A stretch of DNA of 64,000 nt from positions 59,954,001 to 60,018,000 of the forward strand of contig CM060733.1 in the NCBI GenBank assembly GCA_030704615.1, read 5' to 3'. A program made the translations under genes and the position numbers. This document shows positions 23,032-34,268 of this stretch, piece by piece (the first letter of the stretch is position 1; every line of letters begins with the position of its first letter). The notes beneath the pieces were generated by a model. The model worked only from the letters and a program-made list of their open reading frames with translations. It was not told where the DNA came from and made no database searches. Origin of the DNA: Takakia lepidozioides. Lineage: Eukaryota > Plantae > Bryophyta.

Positions 23032-24098
23032 ATGCCTCGTATGAAGTATACGGGGCCACTGATCGAGCTTGTCAGCTCGGACGAGGATGTACCAGCTCCA
23101 GTGAGGCCACCTGTTGCAGCTATGACGCCATCAGTACCTGTGGTCGATCTCAGCAGCTCAGACGAGGAGGAGGAGGTACTAGTATCTCCAGTACGGCCAC
23201 CTGTTGTTGTGCTGTTGCCATCGGCTGTTCCAGTGCGTCCGCCATTTGCTCCAGTGTGCCCTCCAGCTGCTTGGAGGCGGCCAGGACCTGCTCCAGTGCC
23301 TGAGGATCCTACTCTAAGGCGTTTGTACGCTCGTACACCGCTGCCCAGTCACGCGGCAGCTTATAGCATTTGGACCTTGACGCTGCTTGCTTCATGATGC
23401 TCACCAAAGATTTGCCGGACTTGTTTGGGATTATGGCCCGTCCGGCAAATGGGAAGGTGAGGGTCAGGGATCTTCCGGAGTTCAGTGATTGGTTGCATGT
23501 TATTTCGGATCCCATAGTGGTCAGGGTGTTTGCGGGGAGTGATACGGAGCAGAGAGACGGATTCAAGGCAGAGTTGGTAGATAGGCTACGGGTGGCGTTC
23601 GGGTTGACATTGACCTGTAGTACGGATAGTTCCACACTATCACGGAACCAAGTCAATGTTTCGGTTTCAGCCATGTCGCAGGCGCTTTATTCAGTAGGGG
23701 CTAGGGTATGTCGGGTTTCATTCTTCGGAATGAAATGGCAGATTCCAGATGTTGAGCCAGTGCTGGACCGGTTCATAGAGCGATATCGTGCAAAGATGGG
23801 TTCTTCTGTTCCAGTGCAGAAGAACCTATTTGATTATGGAGTCCGATTTCCTACAGATGGGTTGTTGTTCTTTAGGTTCAGTGATGCGCAGTACCGGGCG
23901 AGGAGGTATAGGGAGGGTACCGTGCACGAGATGTGCAACGAGGAGGGCTACGGGTCCGTGGATTTCAGGCCAGTTCTTGACTATCGCATAGCGAGGGTCA
24001 AGATCTACCAGGAGGTGTGTCACGAGATTCTCTCTGCGATACAAAGGCAGATGCTGGATCAGATGCCTGATACTAAGTGCGCAGTACAGGATCTGTGA
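23032..24098 (+). pseudogene. Frameshifted ORF of unknown function with SIM-like acidic motifs
   Basis: ATG at 23032 follows an acceptor-like ttcttatatcgcag. IELVSSDED and VVDLSSSDEEEE motifs and a Pro-rich linker; frame switch near 23370-23397 into a 242-aa globular region. Confidence 0.45.
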
Positions 24099-24920
24099 GG
24101 CAGCTACAGGATCTGCTCGACCGATGGGGAGCCATGACAGATGTTATGCGCAGCAGTCGACTGTCTGGCATCAGGGTTGAGATTACTGTTCAGACGGAGA
24201 TGGTAATTGACGGACGTCGGCTTTGCAGTGAGCAGGATTTATTTCGGATATGAAGCATTGAAACTGCATTGGGTGGGCCTTTTGACACTAGATCATTATC
24301 CATAGACATGTTCATGGAGTTTAGTGAGGTGCACGTATCAGCATTTGCAGCTACAGTTCACGGGAGAGATGAGAATCATCCATCTGTTGAGATACAGAGT
24401 GCTCCCACCTTTGCTCGCCAGGGTTAAGGGTTTAGGGTCTATAAAAGAGTGGAGACAAATGTAGCAGTGCAACAGGATGCGGACCGCGAATGCACCGGGT
24501 GCAATAAGAACACAATCCGAACCAAAAAGTTTTTAGGGGAGGGCCGGGTATGGGCGCCTTGAAAAAACTTGTAGATATCTAGATCCTGGGAATCAAAACT
24601 AATGGCGTTTATCCAGAGAGACAGAAAGCTAGAAAAGAAGTGTTGTTGAGATGTTCTAAGATGCAACTGCAAAGATATGCAAAGAGGCAAATATATGTGA
24701 TTGAAACTATTTCACTGAGATGACAGGAGAATAATACCCTATCTCTTTTGCTAGAGAATAGACACACTAGAGAACGACTTAGATGCTCATCTAACACGCA
24801 ACACTCGAGAAGGAGTTTAATGCATGCAATAGATGATAACAAACCTAAGGCTCAACAGCATAGAAGAAACATTGAGACAAGAACCCTTAGATGCAGAATA
24901 GTAGCCAATCTCTATAAAGT

Positions 24921-24960
24921 CCCAGAATAGTTTCGCTCAACAAGTGAGCTCATCAGTGGG
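24921..24960 (-). ncRNA. Minimal type I hammerhead ribozyme
   Basis: ccca CTGATGA GCTCA-cttgt-TGAGC GAAA ctat TC tggg. Confidence 0.75.
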
Positions 24961-25861
24961 AGAGAAATGGAATGAGGTACACAGAGCCTTACCCCCAGCT
25001 TATATACTGCTGTAAGGGGTTGTCTCAAATAGGTACAAGACCAAAATAGGTAAAAGAAAGTTATTTCTATGTCTAGAATATGACAAAGTTTTTTTTTGTG
25101 TCTAAAAAATAACTTCATGCCTAAATTAAAAAAAGATAATTTTTAAAGCCTAAAACTGGCTTGACAAAAATCAATAATATCTCTCCAATATAATTGACTC
25201 TATTGTAACTTGACTCAAGCACGATAGGAATACAAAATCCCTCGAGTCTTTTTTCAAACTAAAAGTTTGTAGAAAGAAGGTAACTGCAGAACTTTAGCAA
25301 AGTACTAATGAAGTTTAGGGTTAAGGACGTCCCTAAGGTTTAGAATAGAACACATATGAATGTTCAAGCTTTAGAATCAGAGGGGTCCACTTGCCGGTCA
25401 ACTTCTGAGTAGGTTGACAAAAAATTGGAACTATAAATGTAGCGGTACAACAAATTCGAACCGCGAATGCACCGGGTGCAATAGTAGCACAGTGCAGACT
25501 AAAAAGTTTTTAGTGGGGGCGGTTATGCTCCGAAAAAAACTTCAAGATATCTATTGAAAAACTCAAAGAGATGATTCTGAAGACAAAAATGTAGGATATG
25601 AATGATGTTGATATGTTCTAAAGTGCAATTGCAAAGACATGCAAATGACTAAAGTGTATGACTGAGACTGTTTCATCGTAAATACAGGATAACAGAAACC
25701 TATCTCTTATGGAAGAGAAAACACACACTAGAGAACAAACCTAGCAGCAAAGGCAAAACTAGACAGACAGTCTAAACAATACAACTGTAAGGTACAACAA
25801 CACAAAGGAGAAAGTGAGACAAAACACACTTATATGCAGAATACTAGCAAATCTTTATAAG

Positions 25862-25902
25862 CCCCAGACTAGTTTTGCTCAAAACCTGAGCTCTTCAGTG
25901 GG
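25862..25902 (-). ncRNA. Hammerhead ribozyme, core-mutated (GAAA changed to AAAA)
   Basis: ccca CTGAAGA GCTCA-ggttt-TGAGC AAAA ctag TC tgggg. Confidence 0.65.
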
Positions 25903-26049
25903 AAGAAAGAAATGGAGTGAAGTACAATGAGCCTCACCGCCAGCTTATATACTGTCGAAGGATTTTAATATACTGTCGACAGTTGCTTTGAGACGTTGCA
26001 ATATCGTAAAATCCTTCTTGTATTGTATGAAAGAATTGTCCAGTAACTT

Positions 26050-26400
26050 TTGAGCAGCCTCCACAAAGGTAGGAGTGTGATCCCGTTTGTTGAAAAACAT
26101 GCCCACTCGTGGTCTCGAAGAAGAACACTCCCGAATTGTGTACGGCTTCCTGCTTTAGAAAGTATCATTACAGACGGTCGTGACATTGTAAACGCTCGCT
26201 TCAAGGATGTGGTTTGCTCTGCCTTCAAGTCCTCTATTTGAGGTCATCTCAAGACCACAATGCGTGCTCTGACTACAGATGACTCCATCGTCATCAATCC
26301 CGCGGACAAAAATCTTGGGTTGGTGATCATGCGTAAGGATTGGTACATGAATTAAAATCGGCCACAAACAACATCTCTGTCAGGTTCAATCCACACTTAC
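26050..26400 (+). pseudogene. Penelope-like RT fragment (opposite strand to the hammerhead units)
   Basis: TMRALTTDDSIVINPADKNLGLVIMRKDWY matches the PLE L..D..IVIKPADKN.G.V.M...Y motif; in-frame stops. Confidence 0.75.
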
Positions 26401-27440
26401 CTGGCAGCTCAAACAGTGTGCGTCAACGCACACTGTTTGTGCCCCTTTTTGTGCTTGTTTATTGATGTGAAAAATGCCACATAGGGCCACTTTGGAAGGT
26501 TGAATCCACCCCTTATTGGAAGCTCAAACAGTGTGCGGCAACGCACACTGTTTGAGCCCCCCTTTGTGATTGTTTTTTGTTGTGAAAATAGGCCACATAG
26601 GGCCACTCTGGCAGGTTGAATCCACCCCGAATTGGAAGCTCAAACAGTGTACGGCAACGCACACTGTTTTGAGCCCCCTCTCTGCTTGTTTTTTGATGTG
26701 AAATTGGGCCAAACAGGGCCACTCTGGCAGGTTGAATCCACCCCGAATTGGAAGCTCAAACAGTGTGCGGCAACGCACATTATTTGAGCCCCTTTTTTTG
26801 CTTGTTTTTTGATGTGAAAATCGGGCACCTAGGGCCACTCTGGCAGGTTGAAGCCACCGGAAGCTCAAACAGTGTGCGTCAATGCACACTGTTTGTGCCC
26901 CCTTCACTGCCTGTTTTTTTATTTGAAAATCAGCCACCCAGGGCCACTATGCCATGTTTAAATCACCCCTTATTGCAAACTCAAAGAGTGTGCGACAAGG
27001 CACACTGTTTGAGCCCCCTTATCTGCTTGTTTTTTTATTTGAAAATCGGGCACCTAGGGCCACTCTGGCAGGTTGAATCCAACCCTTATTGGAAGCTCAA
27101 ACAGTGTGCGGCAACGCATATTGTTTTGAGCCCCCTCTTTGCTTGTTTTTTGATGTGAAATTGGGCCAAACAGGGCCAGTATGCATGCTCAAAACACCCA
27201 TAGTTGGAAGCACGAACATAGTGCGGCAACGCACACTGTTTGTGCCCCCTTTTTGGCTCCCTCTCGGCCTGTTTTTTAATGTGGTAATGTGCCACATAGG
27301 GCCAAATGTCATGTTCAAAACACCCCTATTTGGAAGCTGAAACAGTGTGCGGCAACGCACACTGTTTTCGGCCCCCACACTGCTTGTTTTCTTATGAGAG
27401 ATTAGGCCACACAGGGCCTGTCTGCCATGCTCAAAACACC
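26385..27440. repeat. ~116-bp tandem array, each unit with hairpin GCTCAAACAGTGTGCG-GCAA-CGCACACTGTTTGAGC
   Basis: Nine hairpins at ~26407, 26522, 26638, 26754, 26863, 26979, 27094, 27210 and 27335. Confidence 0.92.
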
Positions 27441-27489
27441 ATCATTTCTTGCCTCTCTCTTATATCAATTTGAATGAACAACCCTGCAG

Positions 27490-30395
27490 GAGAAGATGCA
27501 AAGAGTGGCGGATGAGAACCCTTCGGGGCAGGGGAAGGAGATCATTGGACGATGAGTTCTATGAAAGCAAAGCCGCTGAGATGCTGGGGGGTCAAAAGGT
27601 AAACTCTCAGCTTGTGGCGCAAAGTATGCTTGCCCCGGGTGGGAGGTTGAAGATTCCCCTGTGTAGGTTGGTTTCCATGCCCGTCGTTCGTCCACCCCTC
27701 AACAAGGACATCCTGAAGCTGGAGGCCGAGTTTGTTCATGGGTATTTGGATGGATCCGCAGTCTTTTACGGTTCTACTAGGGATTCCAAAGGCAATGAGC
27801 TCCTTGTGGATGAGTCAATCGTGGACTCCTGGGATCCCATTTGGAGACAGGTGAACGAATCCTTCGAACTTCTTCTCTCCAGGAAACCTTCGACCCAGGC
27901 ATTCTCAGGGAAGATATTTCACGTATGGGATGGCAACCACCGGTTGCTTGCATGGATGACTGTCATTGGGAGGCTGCACTCACAGGAGGAAGAGTGGCAT
28001 TATTCTGTTCGATCGATGGTGCTAGATTGTGACGGGAACATGATGGGTCTTCTGACGGCAACGAATGATGTGAAGAGGTTGGTTTCTCATTCTACATGTT
28101 CTAGTTGTGGTTCCGTGGTTCTTTTGTTCCAGTCCTCTGTTGACGGTTCTTGAATTTTATTCTGACTTTCACACATCATTCTGCAGAGGGACGGAGACAT
28201 CGCATGTCAAATCGAGTTTGGTTCACACACTGTACATGATACAAAGGATCGGGCAGATGCCCTTGACCAACTTCAAGACCATCCTTTCAGCAGAGACGTA
28301 CAAGAAGTGCGAAAGCTCCAAGACATGAGAAACGTGGTACTCGTTGACCCGTGAGGCTTTCATGGAGTATATGTACACGGTGAGATACATCTTCCATCAT
28401 CTGGCCTTTCGATATTCCTGCTTCCACATGTTTGTTTCTGTTTGTTTCCCTTGCCCTTGGGTTGATGCAACTCTCATGCATTCCCTTGCAGCAAGACATT
28501 GCAGATGCATGAGAGCGTGACAAACTGGAATACTACAGCTCTACCCCTGAGGAGAGAAGGACAGCAAAGGGGGTTGAGAGTCACATCCAGAAAGAGATGA
28601 CCGCCACAAGAAGGACTATTATGAGTGCTTTAGTTAAGCAGTTGAGAATTGCCGACCCATCATTCGGACCGTAGTTTCTTCAATAGGTGAAAAACCATTA
28701 CAACAAGCCAGGCAAACCGGAGATGGCCCAGGAGAAGTTACACAGGTTGTCTACCGCCATTGTGTCTTTAGAATAGAAGGTGAAGTGGCTACAGATATGG
28801 AACTCCGATCCCACTGTTAGGGATACCCACATGTTCCCCAGGCCGGAGAAAGAGAAGAAGACCCAGCGTGTCATTCCTGTTAATGACAATGTGCTGGACA
28901 CATGGCTTCACAAGGCCACTTACTGGAGTCAGGTATGATGTCCTTTGTTGTGTCACTTTCTTTTCATTTTTTCTGTCATTCTCTTTCCATGTTACATTGG
29001 CTGTGATTGTTTTTGGGTTCATTCTTGCATTTGAAACGTTTTGCAGTTGGAAGAAAAGGCCCGGTCGGTTCTACATATGCAGCTGGCTGACTGTGGGATC
29101 ACCATGACAACACTGTTCCAAGCATACATGAGGAAATGGAGAGCCACAGTGTGGCAATCTTGTTTCTTTAGAGAGTTCAGCAAGGATGGTGGCATCAGTC
29201 GAACAAATGAGCTTGACCAGCAAGAGAAAGGAGAGGAAGCCTAGAAACGATGCCTTTACAGGTGCGAAATGGACTGCCTAAACCCTAAAAACACTCTCCT
29301 CCATCCAACCTGTTTTGGGCTGACTCATATGAGTTTGCGGTGCAGTGTACTGTGCCGCATACTCTTTTAGGGGGTCTTCGTGATGTGGTGGAAAAGCTGG
29401 GAGACAATAATTGCATTGCATAATGAGGCTATCTCTATTCCTGCAGGTACATAAAGTATGTTCTCATGGCAGAGAACTGCTTGGACAAACATCCTGATTT
29501 CGTGGACCTTTGGCTTGTCCCTGCTGGCAGCAGACCATGTTTACTACGGGGATATTGCATGACTGGGGCCCAGACCATCTTTCTGCTTGTGGTTGGTATT
29601 TGGATTGCCCTGCTTCTGAGACCCCAGCTCAGGAGGTGTCTTTGAGGTGAGAGAATGAGCGTATAGCAGCCACCGCCGCAGCAGCCGACCTTGACATTCA
29701 TGATAGAAATTTGAGGACTCTTGCAGAGAATGAGCCTCCCGCTCAGGATACCCCGGGTAAAGGTAGAAAGGAAAAGGCAAAGGATGTTGCTGGTGGTGTG
29801 GGGAAAGGAAGGGGTAGGGGGAAGGGGGCACAAGGGCAGGTAGGTGGGCAGGGAAGTGTTGCAGATATTGGCCCTGTGGTGGATGTCCAGCAGACTCCAC
29901 CGCATGGTAGGGGATCCGGGAGAAAGAACAAGGGGGTGGTTGATCCCAAGGACCCGTACTATGCAGTGGAGCATCCCATGAGGGTCATTCACCCTACCAG
30001 GTTGGAGATGGCCAACGTCGGGTTCCTTGCCATGATGGAGTCCAAGAAATCTGATTACAAGGGCGAGCCATCACCAGTGTGGGAGAGGATTGTGGAGTTC
30101 CTCGGCACGGTGCGTGTTGTCTTTTGCTTCTTCTCTGTTGTGGGCATGGATCGTTTCAATCCTCTTGAGCATTCCATTGCATGCTTGTTTGCAGGCTAAA
30201 ATGACCAAATCCTAGGTGAACGGGAAGAAGAAGCCATATGCTGCCGAACTCATCATCCTGGACATCCCTGATGGGTTGCCAGTCCCGGATGTCTCTCCAT
30301 CGGGTGCTTGTCCAGGTTGGAATGCTTTTGATGAGCGCTACTGGCAGTGGATTTTCTCCTTTTGCAAAAAATTTCTGTCCGATGCAGGTGTTTTG
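27490..30395 (+). pseudogene. ParB-like + amino-MTase fusion, paralog 2; degenerate and 3'-truncated
   Basis: LKIPLCRLVSMPVVR..FHVWDGNHRLLAW. Intron after TNDVKR at the same place as after MADLNS in copy 1. Later AELIILDIPDGLPVP..WN..KKFLSDAGVLV, then the sequence switches to gag-like. Many stops. Confidence 0.75.
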
Positions 30396-33300
30396 GTGCG
30401 TGGTGCTCCTAGCCAACCACTACCTCAATGTGCTCAAGGCAACAAGGGGGCTCGGGTGAAGCTCAGGGAAGGGCAGAGAGGACCTCAGATGCAGGGGTCT
30501 CTCCCTTCATTTGCTGGCCAACAACGGGCGGCTGTGGTGTGCTGGACATGTGGAGGACTGCATGTCAAGAAGGATTGCCCAGAGGGAGGCAAAGGGCCGG
30601 CACATGCACAGCCTGCACAGTTGCAGTGTGGGCATTGTGGCAAGCACGGGCATGGAGAGGCCCAGTGTTATGGTTTGCATCCTGAGTTGCGCCGAAGCCA
30701 GTTCCAAGGGAACAGTGGTGGCCGGGGGCAAGGTGGAGCAGCCTGGAGAGGACGAGGTGGCCAGGCACGAGGTGCAGGCCAAGGGCAAGCTCAACATGGC
30801 CAAGGACGCGGAGGTCAGGGTGTTGACCAAGGCATGGCCAACCAGCTTCAGCAGCTAGAGCAGAGGCTCGCTGCCATGGCTACAGCTCAGGTGGTACCGG
30901 CTCCAAGGCCGGATGGTCCACCTCCTGCTCCTGAGGGAGGAGATATGGGAGGCATGGGATTCATGTGCGGAGCAGCACTACCACTAGTGCAGGTGGAGTC
31001 TGCTGCAGCCGTGACTCGAGGAGCAGCACGAGTTCCTGAGCCACGAGGTGTAGAGGTGGAGTTGGATCCACAGCGTGGGGAGGCAAGCCGTCAGGCTAGG
31101 CTCCCTCAGTCATTCACATTGGCGGAGACAATGTCGACGCCATCCATGGCACCTAGTTCTCGCCCGACAGTTACCGAGGTGGAGGTTACTATGCCATTGG
31201 GGAGAGCTACATGGGTAGCACCACTACCTAGTGTTGCCAAGGCTACAGCAGCTAGTGTACTGCTGGGAACGGCCACATCTGTGTGCCAGGCTCCATTGTT
31301 CTCGGCTACCATGATTGCGACGCCGGGGGTAAGACCAGCTGAGGTGTTCAGGCTGGCAGCTACACTCTGTGAGAGTGGGGAGGTTACTTTATCTTCTGCG
31401 GAGATAGTGGGAGGTGTAGTATCGGAGGGATCCTCGGATTTGAGGGTCAAGACTGCCACGGTGGCGCCATAGCAAGCTGCAGCTGCCAGGTTGATGGAGT
31501 TGCCAGCTAGGCCAGCCATTGAGCGCGCCATGGTGACACCTGGAGTTGTCATGTTAGACAACCGGGATGGCATTTTCTGTTTGAGTGGACCGGCAGACAA
31601 GAGGTACCGGCCACTACGGGTCTTGTTGGACTCGGGAGCTCAGCCATTGATGCTGGGCAGAGCTGCTATTGCAGGCTTGGGCCTCACGGAGGCGGATATG
31701 GAGCCTTGTCCTTTCCAGATACAGACGTCTCTGAGAAGATCGGAGCAGGCTCGGGGCATGACACCGCGTGAGTTGGCTATCAGACTACGGCCGGATCACC
31801 CTACAGATGGCTCAGTGATGCGAGCCAAGGCCATTGTGACAGACGCAGTCTCATATGATGTCCTGGTTGGTGGGGCAGTGTTGTACCCCATGGGCTTCAC
31901 CCTGGATTATTGGGAGGAGTCAGCTTCCTATAGGCCTGGATGGCAGGCAGGGGAGGGCCGGCGTGTGCAGCTCCCTGTGACGTTCATAGGAGGAGTTGCG
32001 GTTGCCCAGCGAGGCAAGATACCGACACTAGCAGCATTCACAGCGGCAGTGAGTTGGCCTGGAGAGTTGCTTGAGGGCAACGCTCATTCAGAGGATGTGC
32101 CACCTCCATGAGAGCATGATGATATGTATGGTATGGCGGAGTTGCCTGCCATGGTTGCTCAGACTCCATTGTGGGGCACGAGCAAGGATTTGCAGCGGGT
32201 TGCTGATCACGGGTGTAACAAGTCTGGGTGGAGGCTTTGTACCATCAGGAGAGGAGGAGAGTGCGGGGATTGCACCAGGACCACCTCAGTTGTCTCCATT
32301 GGACACCACACCTATTTTGTGGTAGTATCCGGATGAAGACATTTGTCTTCTGGACTTGTTTGGCGGGATCAGCACCGGATTAGCTCCTGTGTTACAGGCA
32401 GGTGTACGAGTTTGGCGTTACCTGTATGTGGAGAGGGATGAGACTGCACGACGCGTTTCACTTCGCCATGTTGCTAAGTTGGTGCAGCGGTACCCTGAGT
32501 TGTTGCCGGTGTCTGCAGTTCGTGGATATCAGCAGGCCTTGCCAGCAGACATTTCGTTGTTGGGGGCGCAGGATTTGGAGCGGGTTGGCTCCATTGATCT
32601 GGTAGTGGCAGGTTGGCCCTGCCAAGGGCATTCATCAGCCGGGCATGGCAATGGATTGCGAGACTCGAGGTCAGGTTTGTTTTGGGAGATGGTGCGGGTT
32701 TTGCGCCACTTGCAGCTTCATCAAGCTGTATCTCCAGCATACATCTTGGAGAATGTGCCATTGATGGGCGATTCTCGGGCCAGGGTGATGGCCAGTGTGC
32801 ATCAAGTCCGGTCGTGGCTTGGGTCAGCAGTGTTGCTAGATGCAGCTACAGTGGGGTCACGGGCTCATTGTCCACGGCTATGGTGGACTAACTTGATGCC
32901 ACCCGCACTGCTCAAGCGTGCATTTGATGGGGTGCAGCGGCCAGCACATCTCACAGTGGATAGCATTATGGACACAGGGAGGCAGTCTCAGCGTGTGAGA
33001 CACGATGACCGTTCGCCTTTGGCAGTGGTCAACAAGGTGGGTCAACCACGAGCAGCATTACCTACACTGCTCAGCTTCCCAGGATCGTATGCTTTCCGGG
33101 ATAGTGGACTTGGCCTCCTGTGGGATGCTCAGTTGCAGTAGTTAGTGGAGCCTAATGCTGACGAGCGTGAGCGGGCAATGGGTTTTACCACTGGTACCAC
33201 GGCGGTGTCGTCTCTTTCTGAGGCATCACGTCGTCAGGTGTTGGGGCAAGCAATGGATCTCAATTGCTTGACCTGGACTATTAGCTTGGCTATGGCTGAG

Positions 33301-33465
33301 CAACGTAGAGTGCGGAGTACACTTCCCTCGATGGTCTCTCTGCCTATGGCAGTGAGTGGGGGCGAGCATGTGAGGACCACGGGGTGCAGGCATCCATGGC
33401 ACACGTGGGATGTGCTCGAGGTTCAGAGGGAGTTGACAGCCAAGGTGGCGGTGATGGATGAGGTT
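30396..33465 (+). mobile_element. Ty3/Gypsy-like retrotransposon fragment: gag zinc knuckles, aspartic protease, C5 DNA methyltransferase
   Basis: CWTCGGLHVKKDC and CGHCGKHGHGEAQC knuckles, RGG-rich region, protease VLLDSGAQ, then DNMT motifs. RT, integrase and LTRs are not present, so the superfamily is inferred from domain order. Confidence 0.7.
32330..33300 (+). pseudogene. C5 cytosine DNA methyltransferase domain (retrotransposon-borne)
   Basis: Motif I LLDLFGGISTG, IV AGWPCQG, VI ILENV, VIII AHCPRLWWTN, IX ERERAMGF, X RQVLGQAMD; one TAG at 33139. Confidence 0.9.
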
Positions 33466-34037
33466 GGCTACACTGTCAAGCTAGGATACAAATTGATCAA
33501 TTCTCCAAGGTCCTTCATCAGTAACTGGAACACAAAATGGAACCACTATCAGCTCAGCCAGGGAAATTGGGACAAAATTTGGAAAGATATATGGCGAAAG
33601 GATCGTGCTGCAAAAGTCTCCGCATTCTTGTGGAAACTAGCACACATGATTCTGTCTGTCAGACAAGCAACACACGAGGATACTCCAGCTTGTACTAGAT
33701 GTCTTACAATACAGATCAAATTCTAATTACCTCCAAGCATGCCCAGCTAGATTCTCTCCTTTCACTACCTTTAGTCCTGCATTGTCTTCAGCGCCCGAAG
33801 ATGGATCATTGCATGCATAGATTTTCAGGACACAACCCCAATCCCCCTCCTTGCTACACTGTTGAAGAAAGCCTACCTACTGTCTATTCCATCTCTCTCT
33901 CCAAAATCATCTCACACATCTCCCTCTTAATCCCTCTCTCCTTAGTTTCTGCTTTGTTAGCTAGTTTGCTAGGGTTTCGGGGGAGTCTACCCTCGGTGAG
34001 CCTCACAGCCTACGGTGTCCCATTTCTATAAAAAAAA
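33465..34037 (+). mobile_element. L1-like LINE 3' fragment (zf-RVT region, 3' UTR, A-tail)
   Basis: GYTVKLGY..WDKIWKDIW..KVSAFLWKLAH..CTRC, followed by a pyrimidine-rich UTR and an A8 run ending at 34037. Confidence 0.7.
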
Positions 34038-34268
34038 CCTGGGGGCAATGGAATCTTGAATCGCGTAAAGCCCTCGTTGTAGGACTTCACCTAATACATA
34101 ATGCACGAAGATGATTGTATGTCAAAATATTTGTAGATGTACTCCCCTACTTGTGCACACTAGAAAAATTTCAGTGACCAACAATCAGTAGCTCAGTTGG
34201 ATATTGCACTAAGTACCACCTAGATGATTCTAGGTCAAATCCTGCTATCATGATGGGTGTGTATGTTC

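Larger units (their letters stand above)
17132..25322 (+). repeat. Interstitial plant telomeric repeat tracts, all G-rich on +
   Basis: Tracts at ~17132-17142, 17838-17858, 18856-18876, 21034-21047, 21593-21612, 24420-24438 and 25313-25322, each at a unit junction. Confidence 0.85.
16465..26400 (-). mobile_element. Chain of telomere-repeat-bounded Penelope/Athena-like retroelement units and non-autonomous hammerhead-bearing units
   Basis: Units are separated by short (TTTAGGG)n tracts on +. Hammerheads and TATATAAG boxes lie on -. PLE RT N-terminal motifs occur at ~19750-19900 (-) and ~26260-26350 (+). Confidence 0.8.

Noticed and set aside
30216-31472. 418-aa ORF as a novel MTase-gag fusion protein
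   Set aside because: Chance in-frame junction at ~30395 between two decayed elements; upstream exons are full of stops.
33145-33726. DNMT C-terminus fused to zf-RVT
   Set aside because: Composition shifts abruptly at ~33465; best explained as a 5'-truncated LINE joined in frame.
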